Assembly: GCA_965221125.1 (NCBI GenBank)
Contig: CBDCRW010000004.1
Location: 640,001-704,000 of the forward strand
Direction: 5' to 3'
From: Alphaproteobacteria bacterium
Lineage (GTDB): Bacteria; Pseudomonadota; Alphaproteobacteria; UBA828
DNA: 64,000 nucleotides
This document shows, piece after piece, positions 1-8,477 of this stretch. Each line of letters starts with the position of its first letter. Within the stretch, counting starts at the first letter, position 1. The position numbers and the translations under genes are program-made. Below the pieces are notes generated by a model that was not told the DNA's origin, made no database searches, and saw nothing but the letters and a program-made list of their open reading frames with translations.

Positions 1-73
1 GGAGATATGAGCGGAGAGCCCGGCCCGAAGGGGTCGCCCAACCTTCCTGCCCGCTTGTGCGACCGACCCGGCA

Positions 74-511
74 TCACGCCACGTCCCGGACGGGCCTGAG
101 ATGATCGAAATCGTCGGAGTTGGCGACGATGCAACGCTGCGGCCCGGCGATGTCGAAGATAAAGACGAGCGCATCGCCGGACCTGACGACAGCGTCGTAG
201 AACGCGGTCCAGGCGTCGTCCTTCTCCTTGTGCTCTGACAGCACCTCGACCGGGAAGTCGACATCGTCGATGGCGTAGACGACGGTGCGGTCGGCGGTGG
301 CGACCTGGAAGCGCGGCGGAACGACGGGATCGCTCTGCCAGAGGATGGCGCCGCTATCGCGATTGAAGACGACGGTCTTCAGATCGGGATCGGCGGCGAC
401 GCGCCGTTTGACCTCGGCCCAGGCGGCGCAGCGGTCATTGATGCGGGCGGGTTCGTCGACGAGATCGATCCAGTCCTCATCGACGGTGCGGATGACGTAA
501 CGGACGGCCAT
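74..511 (-). CDS. Hypothetical protein (~145 aa), possibly two tandem similar domains
   Basis: ATG at 511 preceded by GAGGAGG; protein-like composition (MAVRYVIRTVDEDW...). Confidence 0.65.
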   Translation of the reverse strand: MAVRYVIRTVDEDWIDLVDEPARINDRCAAWAEVKRRVAADPDLKTVVFNRDSGAILWQSDPVVPPRFQVATADRTVVYAIDDVDFPVEVLSEHKEKDDAWTAFYDAVVRSGDALVFIFDIAGPQRCIVANSDDFDHLRPVRDVA

Positions 512-1625
512 GACCTCCTCCCTCTCTCTTCCGGTCGGCTTGCCCGACCCTCCGCTCTTCTCTTCCTCCACCGGACCGGGGGCCCGCTTCGGCCTGCGAG
601 CCGGAGGCGCGGAAGAGCGGCGCGAAGCGGGCGCGGAGCGCCGCCGCGCCGATGTCGACCAGGTCGTCGTTGAAATCGTTGCCGGCGGGCACGATCACGG
701 TGGCGGCGATGCCCGCCCGCGCGCAGCGCCGGGCGAGGCGCTCGGCCGCGAGCGCGCCGTCCTCGTCGTTGTCCCGCGCGATGACCAGCCGCGCGAGGCC
801 GGGCGGAGGCGCGAAGGCGCCGAGGCTGCCGGCCGAGAGCGCGGCGGCAGCCGTGATCTCCGGCACGGCGGCGACCAGGGAGAGCACGGTCTCAATGCCC
901 TCGCCGACGACGAGCGGAGCGTCGTCGGAGGGCGCGCCGAAGCGCACCGCGAGGCCGTGGATGCGGCCGAGCGCCTTGCGCGGCGCCGCGACGCCCGCCT
1001 TGGCGGGCGAGCGCGGATCGAGCCAGGTGCGTTGAACCCCGAGGATGCGGCCGTCGTCGCCGGTGACGGCGGCGACCAGCGCCGGGAACCGGCGCACCAG
1101 GGAGCCTTCGCGGTAGCGAAGCTCCGGGTGATAGCGCAGCGCCGCGAAGCGGCAGCGCGAAAGCCCCCGGGCGTGGAGATACCGCTCGGCATGGCTGCCG
1201 TCGATCGCACGGCAGCGCCGCCACAGGCGGCGCGCCGCCTCGGTTGCGTCGTAGGGCGCGTCCGAAATCGCGGTGGGCGAAGCCCCCGGACGGCAGGCCC
1301 CCGGATCGCGTCCGGGGCAGGCCGGCAGGGCGAGGAAGGCGCGCGCCTCGTCGAGCGCCGCGCGCAGCGTCGGCGCTCCCGAGCGGTAGCGGATCAGATC
1401 GAGCAGGTCGCCGTGTGTCCCCTGGGCCGCGTCGGTCCACTTCCCCGGCGTGCCGGGCCCGCGCAGGCGGACAAAGAGCGAGCGCCCGCGGGCGCCGTCG
1501 AGGTCGCCGCAGATCCAGTAGCGGCCCTGCCGGCGGCCGTTGGGGAGATAGCGCCGGCAGACGTCCTCGGCACGCGCGCCGAGCGCGGCGGCGATGGCGG
1601 CGGCGGGAGACGGGCCGTGGTGCAT
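477..1625 (-). CDS. Toprim-domain primase-like protein of conjugative elements
   Basis: AAGGAGG before ATG at 1625; N-terminal GDLLDLI region; Toprim motifs VGEGIET, IARDND, DFND. Confidence 0.85.
   Translation of the reverse strand: MHHGPSPAAAIAAALGARAEDVCRRYLPNGRRQGRYWICGDLDGARGRSLFVRLRGPGTPGKWTDAAQGTHGDLLDLIRYRSGAPTLRAALDEARAFLALPACPGRDPGACRPGASPTAISDAPYDATEAARRLWRRCRAIDGSHAERYLHARGLSRCRFAALRYHPELRYREGSLVRRFPALVAAVTGDDGRILGVQRTWLDPRSPAKAGVAAPRKALGRIHGLAVRFGAPSDDAPLVVGEGIETVLSLVAAVPEITAAAALSAGSLGAFAPPPGLARLVIARDNDEDGALAAERLARRCARAGIAATVIVPAGNDFNDDLVDIGAAALRARFAPLFRASGSQAEAGPRSGGGREERRVGQADRKREGGGHGRPLRHPHRR
1299..1321. repeat. Palindromic mini-repeat CCCCGGA-N5-TCCGGGGCAGG (copy 1, inside the Toprim CDS)
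   Basis: Same ~23-bp element at 1299, 1691, 18225 and 18282. Confidence 0.75.
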
Positions 1626-1690
1626 GAGGGACCTCCTTCCGGGACATGCGGGACGCCCGATACCGGCCGGCCTCCGCCTCCGGCCGGCGC

Positions 1691-1713
1691 CCCCGGAACG
1701 GGTCCGGGGCAGG
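1691..1713. repeat. Palindromic mini-repeat (copy 2, intergenic)
   Basis: ccccggaacgggtccggggcagg. Confidence 0.7.
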
Positions 1714-1774
1714 CTGCGGGCCGGCGGCATGAAAGGCCCGGCGCGGGAAGCGCCGGGCGGGAAGGGGGTAGGGT

Positions 1775-2326
1775 TCAGGCGCGGGATGCATCGGCCAGCC
1801 GACCGACGCGGATGCGGCCGGTCCAGGCGGCGGCGCGCGCGGCGGGATCGCCGTCGCGCAGTTGGTGGCGCAGCTCCATCCAGAGCCGCCCGAGCACGTT
1901 CGCGCCGCGGTAGCGGTTACCGTCCGGCTTCGCGCCCCACCAGGGGTCGCGGGACGAGACCTCGACGATCGCGCGCGCGCCGGTCGCGGCAAGCGCGGCG
2001 TCGATCGCGGCGGCGTCGGCCTCGCGCTTCATGCGCAGCACCCAGCGCATGACGTTCACCCGCTGCCCGTTCCAGCGCGGGTCGAGGCCGGCGGCTGTGC
2101 CGCGCCCGATGGCGGCCGCCTCGCGCGCCGTCGGCGCGCCGGCGATCCGGCGCTGCACCGCCGGGGCGGCGCCGAACTTGCAGGCCTGGTACAGGTGCTC
2201 GGACGTGGCAAACGTCCACGGTCCGGCGGCGATCGGCGCGGCCAGCGGCGCGAAGTTGCTGAACTCGCCCCAGGGGGCTTTCGTGAAACGAAAGCCGCAA
2301 ACCTCGTCGCGGTTGTAGATACGCAT
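1775..2326 (-). CDS. NADAR family (YbiA-like) ADP-ribose/N-glycoside hydrolase
   Basis: FSNF, SEHLYQACKF, DPWWG and GANVLGRLWMELR motifs; GGAGG RBS. Confidence 0.9.
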   Translation of the reverse strand: MRIYNRDEVCGFRFTKAPWGEFSNFAPLAAPIAAGPWTFATSEHLYQACKFGAAPAVQRRIAGAPTAREAAAIGRGTAAGLDPRWNGQRVNVMRWVLRMKREADAAAIDAALAATGARAIVEVSSRDPWWGAKPDGNRYRGANVLGRLWMELRHQLRDGDPAARAAAWTGRIRVGRLADASRA

Positions 2327-2465
2327 GGCGTCATCCTCCGTTGCCGGCGGCGGACTCCCTCCGGCCCTGCCGCGCTTCGCCCAGGCGCAAGCCAGCCTCC
2401 GCTCCCGCGGGCCGGCGGAGCGGCCCCGCGCAGCCCGGAGGGGACGCGCTCCGGTTCGAGAGCAG

Positions 2466-2499
2466 AAAAAAGGGGACCGACGCCGAAGCGCCGGTCCCC
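2466..2499 (-). terminator. Rho-independent terminator, probably the original terminator of the backbone ssb (11331-11783)
   Basis: GGGGACCG...CGGTCCCC stem with a TTCG loop followed by T6 on the minus strand. Confidence 0.75.
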
Positions 2500-2765
2500 G
2501 AGGCAGGAGGGAGGAACGATGACGGAATCAGAATGGTTATGGGAAGTTGGACCGTGTAACGTTTGAGTGAGTGGTTTGATTCACAACGATCTTTTGGTGT
2601 TCCGGTGCCCTTCCGTGCGGATCTCTTGTAAACAATGCCGCCGAGATTGGCCCGATATGGGCGACATTGTTTACACTTTTGTCGTCGGCACCCGATGCGA
2701 GGCCAGGAAGGACGGGCCGACGCGCGAAGCGCCGGCCCGATCGGGAGTAGACGGCGATCATGCTC

Positions 2766-3185
2766 CTAGAACGGCGAATCGGAGGCATGGCCGGCTTCTG
2801 CCGGCCGGCGGTCGTCCTGGGTGGCGGCGGTGCCGTTGGTGCGCTCGAGGAACTGGATCCGCGAACCGGGCACCAGCAGGATCTCGGTGGAGAAGCGGTC
2901 GCTGTCCTCGCCCTCCTTCCGCCACCTGCGCGTCTGGAGCTTGCCGCTGACGTAGACCAGGCGACCCTTCTTCGCGTGCTTTTCGAGCATGCCGATGAGC
3001 CCGTCCTGGAAGGTCACCGCCTTGTGCCATTCCACGCGATCGACGCGCTCGCCGGTCTTGTCGATGTACCCCTCGTCGGTCGCCACGCTCATATTGGCGA
3101 CGCGCCCGCCGGACGTGAGATTGGTGATGGTCGCATCGGCGCCCAAGCGTCCGATGAGCTCAGCCCTGTTCATCCCGAAGCTCAT
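2766..3185 (-). CDS. ssb: Single-stranded DNA-binding protein (cargo copy)
   Basis: MSFGMNRAELIGRLGAD...EWH...GKLQTRRW; C-terminus SDSPF; RBS CAGGAG. Confidence 0.95.
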   Translation of the reverse strand: MSFGMNRAELIGRLGADATITNLTSGGRVANMSVATDEGYIDKTGERVDRVEWHKAVTFQDGLIGMLEKHAKKGRLVYVSGKLQTRRWRKEGEDSDRFSTEILLVPGSRIQFLERTNGTAATQDDRRPAEAGHASDSPF

Positions 3186-3489
3186 GATCGTCTCCTGTTC
3201 ATCCGAGTTTCTGACGATGGTTGCGGAACGAAGCGGGCCGGGGGATCTCTCTCCCCGCCCTTCTCCGTTCATCCTCCTCCAGCCACTCTCCACCTCTGCC
3301 AGGCCCGGCGCCCCGGTGGCCGACAGGTAGCCGACGGCTTCACGGATCGCACGCGACGAGAGGCCGGCTGCGGCCGGGCGTGCGCCGGCATTGGAAGCCG
3401 CCAGGGCGCAGTTTTGATCAGGGGGGCGCGGGATGGGGGCGATCAGGGCGCGATGGGGCCAGCCGGCAGGCGGGTGTCGCTGAACGAGG

Positions 3490-5469
3490 TCATTGCCCGA
3501 TCGATCTCAAGCGCGACGCCAGGGTGATGTCGCGCTTCAGATTCCTTGGCGCCGTTGCGACGGCAGCGTCGAAGACGTTTCGGTCTCCGACGAAGACGAC
3601 CTGCTCCGAGGCCCGCGTGGCCGCGGTGTAGATCAGCGTTCTGTCGAGGATCCTGGACCGGTAGACGGGCACGATCACCAGGGGCCACTGCGAGCCCTGC
3701 GCCTTGTGCACGGAGATCGCGTAGGCGAGCTCGATGTTGGTGGCGTCGGCGGCGCCCAGCCGGTGCTCCTGGCTGTCGATGACCGCCGTCGCATGGTCCC
3801 GGTGCGCTTCGACGATACGGCCGGTGGAGCCGTTCATGAGGTCGCGCTCGTAGTCGTTGCGGGTCCAGATGACGGGATCGCCTTCGGCGATGTCGGCACG
3901 GCCGGGAACGAGACGGGGGGTATGGGCGCTGCCCTGCATCCGCAGTTCGTGGAACCGGCGGTTGATGGCGAGGATGCCCGCCGGTCCTGCGTTGACCGGC
4001 GCGACGATCTGAGCGTCGCCCCGGCGCAATCCGTTCTTGGCGAGCCGCGCGCCGGCATCGAAGATGACGTCGAACGCCTCCTCCGGGGCGGCGTCGATGA
4101 ACGTCACCCCCGGCGCCAGGCCGCGGAAGGGGCCGAGCTCCGGGCGGCGGCCGTTGCGAATGGCCTCGGCCACGACCGGTATCCCGGTCTCGGCCGATTG
4201 ACGCATCACGCGGTCGAGGACGGTCTTCGGGATGGCGGGATGTTCGATGAGCACGTGGAAGGTCAGGCCGAAGCCGATGGGCGGAAGCTGCGCGGGATCG
4301 CCGACGAGAACGAGGGAGGCGTCCCCGATGCGTCTCACCACCTGCCAGAGCAGGGGAAGGTCGACCATGGACGCCTCGTCGACGATGACGATGTTGCCTG
4401 CATGCAAGCGCGCACCCGCGCCGCCGGAGGTCTCCTTGAGGAAGCGGGCGATCGTCATCGCGGGGCGCCCCGCCGATTGGGCCATGCGCTGCGCCGCGCG
4501 GCCCGAGAGCGCGATGAGCACGGTGTCGCGGCCGAAGCGTTCCGCCAGCTCGCAGATGCCGCGCAGGGACGTGGTCTTGCCGGAGCCGGCATAGCCGCCC
4601 AGCACCGACAGCCGGTGCCGGAAGGCGCCCGCGATGGCGGCTTTCTGCGGGCCCGTGAGGCGGTGCGGCCGGCGGCGTTCATACTCGTCAACGGCGTGCC
4701 CGATCTCCTCGCCGGCAACAGCTGGCAAGGCCAGGTCGGACGCCGGAACTTCGGCGGCGAAGCGTGCGAGCTCTTCGGCAAGGAAGGCCTCCATGGCGGC
4801 CGCGCCCATGGGCTGAACGCCGTCCTCGAAGGGCTCGGCGCCGCCGGCTTCGACGGCGCTCTCGACCGCCCAGGGTCCGGCAGGGCTGCCGTCCGGAGCC
4901 GCTACGCCGGTGAGCAGCTTCGCGGCCCCGGCCTCTGCCGAGGCGCGGGACGTCCATGTATGGTTCCGGTCGAGGCGGCGGTAGAGGGTGGCCTCGACGG
5001 CGGCGACGGCGCGGCGGGGATCGTCGGGCGCGACGCCGAGAGCGCGGCAGACCCTGTCGGTTGCAGGCCAGGGCAGGAAGCTCGCGAGGAGGTAGGGATT
5101 GTCCTTCAGGGCGTCGATGCCGTCATGGCCCCAGCAGCGGGCGATCCTGATCGCGGTACGCGTCCCGACAGCGGGGGCGACCCCCCGGCTTTCCAGCCAG
5201 TCGAGAAGCTCGATCTCGGGGCTCTTCAACTCGTAGGCCGCGAACGCGTTGGTGGCGGTTTCCTCGCCGAGGATGGCGGTGACCTCGGGATGTTTCCGGT
5301 CGAGCGCGTTACGCAGGCCGTCGCCGAATGCGGCTGCCAGGGCAGCGGCCTTCGCGGGGCCGATGCCGCGGAAGTCCCGGTCCTCGGCAAGGTACGCCGC
5401 GAGCGCGCCGGGCCTTCGCGGCATCGGGGCCTCGACGGCGGCACGGGCGGCTGCGCCCGGCCGGCTCAT
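3490..5469 (-). CDS. recD2: RecD2-like SF1B DNA helicase
   Basis: N-terminal GIGP HhH-like motif, NPYLL, Walker A GYAGSGKT, DEASM, GDPAQLPPI, YAISVHKAQGSQW, YTAATRA. Confidence 0.9.
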   Translation of the reverse strand: MSRPGAAARAAVEAPMPRRPGALAAYLAEDRDFRGIGPAKAAALAAAFGDGLRNALDRKHPEVTAILGEETATNAFAAYELKSPEIELLDWLESRGVAPAVGTRTAIRIARCWGHDGIDALKDNPYLLASFLPWPATDRVCRALGVAPDDPRRAVAAVEATLYRRLDRNHTWTSRASAEAGAAKLLTGVAAPDGSPAGPWAVESAVEAGGAEPFEDGVQPMGAAAMEAFLAEELARFAAEVPASDLALPAVAGEEIGHAVDEYERRRPHRLTGPQKAAIAGAFRHRLSVLGGYAGSGKTTSLRGICELAERFGRDTVLIALSGRAAQRMAQSAGRPAMTIARFLKETSGGAGARLHAGNIVIVDEASMVDLPLLWQVVRRIGDASLVLVGDPAQLPPIGFGLTFHVLIEHPAIPKTVLDRVMRQSAETGIPVVAEAIRNGRRPELGPFRGLAPGVTFIDAAPEEAFDVIFDAGARLAKNGLRRGDAQIVAPVNAGPAGILAINRRFHELRMQGSAHTPRLVPGRADIAEGDPVIWTRNDYERDLMNGSTGRIVEAHRDHATAVIDSQEHRLGAADATNIELAYAISVHKAQGSQWPLVIVPVYRSRILDRTLIYTAATRASEQVVFVGDRNVFDAAVATAPRNLKRDITLASRLRSIGQ

Positions 5470-6005
5470 TCGGACGTCTCGTCGAGCTGAAGGCGGCTCT
5501 GTCCGGGGCCGGAGTTCTCTTTCTCCGGCGGCCTGGGCCTGTAGCGGCGACCGGCGGCGATCAGCGCTTGATCGGTAGCCTCATAGCGCCTCAGGCGGGC
5601 GATGAGCGCCGCGTTCCTGGCGACCAGCTCGCTGACGCGGCGCTCGGCGGCCGCGCTGCGCCGCTGTTCCTCGCGCAGGCGGGAGGCCGGCACCATGGCC
5701 TCCCCGCCGGCGTCGCCCGGCGCCTCGACAGCTCCCGTGGTCTGGCGGTCGTGCACGGAGGGCGGCGATCCTCTGGCGGAGAAGGCCACGCCCTTCCGGC
5801 CGGCGTAGTCCTTGAGCATGGCGCGGAAGGACGGGTTCTGCGTCACCGTCGACCGGCCAACCCCGACCAGCTGGCAGATCTTCGCCAGATGGAGAGCCCG
5901 GCCGTTCATGGGCAAGGTCTCGCCGGCCGCCTCGCGCGCGTCGATCTCTTCGCGCAGGCGCAGCACCGCCTGCCGGCCGCGTTCCGCGCCGCTGCCCCTG
6001 CTCAT
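5466..6005 (-). CDS. TnpC-like HTH/coiled-coil accessory protein
   Basis: HTH-like LAKICQLVGVGRSTVTQNP then coiled coil; ATGA overlaps with both neighbours. Confidence 0.7.
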   Translation of the reverse strand: MSRGSGAERGRQAVLRLREEIDAREAAGETLPMNGRALHLAKICQLVGVGRSTVTQNPSFRAMLKDYAGRKGVAFSARGSPPSVHDRQTTGAVEAPGDAGGEAMVPASRLREEQRRSAAAERRVSELVARNAALIARLRRYEATDQALIAAGRRYRPRPPEKENSGPGQSRLQLDETSE

Positions 6006-6421
6006 GCGTCATGCTCGCTATATTCTCGATCGACCGGCTGAAGCGGAGCGTCCAGCCGATGGTCGGGAATGCCGAGAACGTGCGTGTTGTAGGCCCAGAC
6101 GGCGAACCGGGTCATCATCGCCTCGTTCTCGGCGCGAAGCCGGCAGAGGTCCGCTTCCAGGGAATCGATGCGCTCGAGGAGGGCCGCTTCGGTGTCGGTC
6201 TTCGGTCTCGGCCGCCGCCCCGCCCCGCTGCCCCTGAGTTGCTCCCTGCGGGCCGCGAGCGCCGTCCTTATCCGTTCATGCCTGGACAGCGCCTGGCGCG
6301 AGTAGGCGTGGCCGAGCCGTCGCCGCGCCAGCCTCACGACCGCGCCCCACGTGGCCACCTCGAGCGTGCCGATGGTCCTGGCGAGCGTTTCGACGTTGGT
6401 CTCGGTGAGGTGCCGGGCCAT
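6002..6421 (-). CDS. GinD/TnpC-like accessory protein
   Basis: MARHLTE...TWGAVV...YSRQALSRHERI plus coiled coil; starts 1 nt after the recombinase stop. Confidence 0.75.
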   Translation of the reverse strand: MARHLTETNVETLARTIGTLEVATWGAVVRLARRRLGHAYSRQALSRHERIRTALAARREQLRGSGAGRRPRPKTDTEAALLERIDSLEADLCRLRAENEAMMTRFAVWAYNTHVLGIPDHRLDAPLQPVDREYSEHDA

Positions 6422-6422
6422 G

Positions 6423-8477
6423 TCACGGTTTCCGTAGCCGGGGTAAGGAATCGGGAGCCGGGCCGGGGCCGGGCAGGGCTTTCGCCGAACCGGCCCCGTC
6501 GCCGCCGATCGCATAGCGTGCCGCGCCGTCGAGCCTCAGGACGGCGCCCGGCGCGATCGCCGCGTCGTCGATCAGGGCGACGAGCTCGCGCAGGCGCGCA
6601 AGCTCGGTCCTCTTGCGGGAGAGCCAGATCTCCGAGTTGCCTTCGCCGATAGCTGCGGCCTCTTCCGCGGACGCGACAGCTTTCTGGATGACGGCTAGGC
6701 GGTCGCGCAGGGCGCGCTCGGCGCGCTCGTCTCCCTTGACGCAGGCGTGCTCGACGCAGTTCAGGCAGTCCCGGTACATCGGGCAGGGCGACGCCGCAAA
6801 GTCGTGCAGGCAGGCGCCGTAACGCGTCAGATGCACCCCGGCGAGACTGCCCTCGATCAGCTGCCGCGGGGTCACCGGCCGCTGAGGGGTTGCCGTCATC
6901 GGGCTGCCGAAGATGTCCCCGCCGAGAGAGCGCGCCTTGGAGACGAGGGAATCGGCGGTTTCGTGGTCGTAGTACGCGTTGTGCCGGATGTCCTTGCGGC
7001 CCGCCCATCTCGCGATGTCGAGCTGCGACAGGTTCCCCTCGTTCGCCAGCGTGGTCATGTAGTGGCGCAGCTGGTGAGGCGTGATGCGGACGGTCTCGCC
7101 ATCGTCGTCCACCAGCCCGAGACGGCCGAACAATCCAGCCTTTTGATCGCTCGTGCAGTCTCTCCCGTTCATGGTGTTCTTGATCTCGCTGGTCGAGACG
7201 CAGGAAAGGCGCCAGAAGAGAGTGCACGATTGCCGGGCCATGTCAGCGGTGCGTACGAGCAGCGCGCGGTCGTATCCGAGGCCGGATCTGGGATCGGCCA
7301 GCGGGAAGCCTTGCGGGAGCTCCGCCCGAAAGCCTTCTTCGATCGGCGCGCGGAGATAAAGCTTGGCGTTCATTGCGAGCTTGACGCCCAGCTGTGTTGC
7401 GTGGTCCGCGCGAACATCGAATCCGTTTCTGCGCAGCGCGACAAGCACGGTCCTCGGATCGGCGGCCGTTCCGAGACTCCTCATGCTGATGTAGCCCTCG
7501 CGGGCGAGAGGATCGTCCGGGGCGTCGCCCGGGAGGATGTCCTCGCCGGCCATGTACCTGCGCGCAAGCGCGCGGGCGGGCTCGGTGACGTCTCGAATGC
7601 GCTTCAGCGCGTCCCTCGCCAGCGGCACGAACGCGCTCGGGATCCAGCGCGTCTCGGGCTCGCCGCCCTTCGACGGATACCAGCGCAGGCCGTAGCGGTC
7701 CTTGCCGCTCTCGACGGCCTCCACTTCGCAATCGTAGGCGTCGAGCCGGTGCAGCTCGGAGATGCGGCTGTGCGTCACCAGGAGAAGGGCGTATGCGGAA
7801 GCGGCAATCACGTCCATTGGATGCTCGGCGCGGCGGTATGCCTCTCCGAGCGCGGCAAGCGCGCGTTCCGAGGGAAGTTTCCGGGCCCGAGCCCGCTCGC
7901 GTTCGACGCCGATGCGATCGAAGCTCGTCGGCCGCCTGATGGGGCAGGTCCAGACGAGAGGCCGCGCGACGAGGCCGTGATGGTCGAGAAAGCCGGCGAT
8001 CGCTTGAAGCTGCAGGCCGACGCGATACGCAGTGTGGCGGCTGTAAGCAGAGCGAGAGGCCGCGGCGGCGGCGTTGAAGTCGTCGGGCCGCGCGTCGGCA
8101 ATCGATTTGCCAGCTTCGGCGAGAGTCTTGTCGAGATGCCGCATCGCCGAGAGCATCAGCTGAGGGGCCATCTGTGGGGCAAGACCATACCTGTAGCGCA
8201 GGTACGCCTTGAAGAAGTCGGCGTTGCGGGCGCCGAACGGCGCGTAGTGCTCGATCGACCTTGGCGCTTTCTTCAGGGGATGACCCCAGTTGAGGCGAAG
8301 CACGCTCTTGCTGCGGCCCGACACAGTGGCAACTCCGCGCAGCTCCCATCTCGGCGCGTCCCAGTCGAGCTCGGCGCCGAACACCGTGAGGTCGTCGCGC
8401 GCATGACGGATGAACTCGGCGAGCCTCGCTTCGGCATCGAGCGCCTCCGCCGGCCGGAAGAGCGCGAGCTCAGCCAT
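6423..8477 (-). CDS. Large tyrosine recombinase (GinC-like) with C-terminal Cys cluster
   Basis: SRISEL, HQLRH, AYYDH; CLHD..CP..CLNC..C; ATG at 8477 overlaps the upstream gene stop. Confidence 0.85.
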   Translation of the reverse strand: MAELALFRPAEALDAEARLAEFIRHARDDLTVFGAELDWDAPRWELRGVATVSGRSKSVLRLNWGHPLKKAPRSIEHYAPFGARNADFFKAYLRYRYGLAPQMAPQLMLSAMRHLDKTLAEAGKSIADARPDDFNAAAAASRSAYSRHTAYRVGLQLQAIAGFLDHHGLVARPLVWTCPIRRPTSFDRIGVERERARARKLPSERALAALGEAYRRAEHPMDVIAASAYALLLVTHSRISELHRLDAYDCEVEAVESGKDRYGLRWYPSKGGEPETRWIPSAFVPLARDALKRIRDVTEPARALARRYMAGEDILPGDAPDDPLAREGYISMRSLGTAADPRTVLVALRRNGFDVRADHATQLGVKLAMNAKLYLRAPIEEGFRAELPQGFPLADPRSGLGYDRALLVRTADMARQSCTLFWRLSCVSTSEIKNTMNGRDCTSDQKAGLFGRLGLVDDDGETVRITPHQLRHYMTTLANEGNLSQLDIARWAGRKDIRHNAYYDHETADSLVSKARSLGGDIFGSPMTATPQRPVTPRQLIEGSLAGVHLTRYGACLHDFAASPCPMYRDCLNCVEHACVKGDERAERALRDRLAVIQKAVASAEEAAAIGEGNSEIWLSRKRTELARLRELVALIDDAAIAPGAVLRLDGAARYAIGGDGAGSAKALPGPGPAPDSLPRLRKP

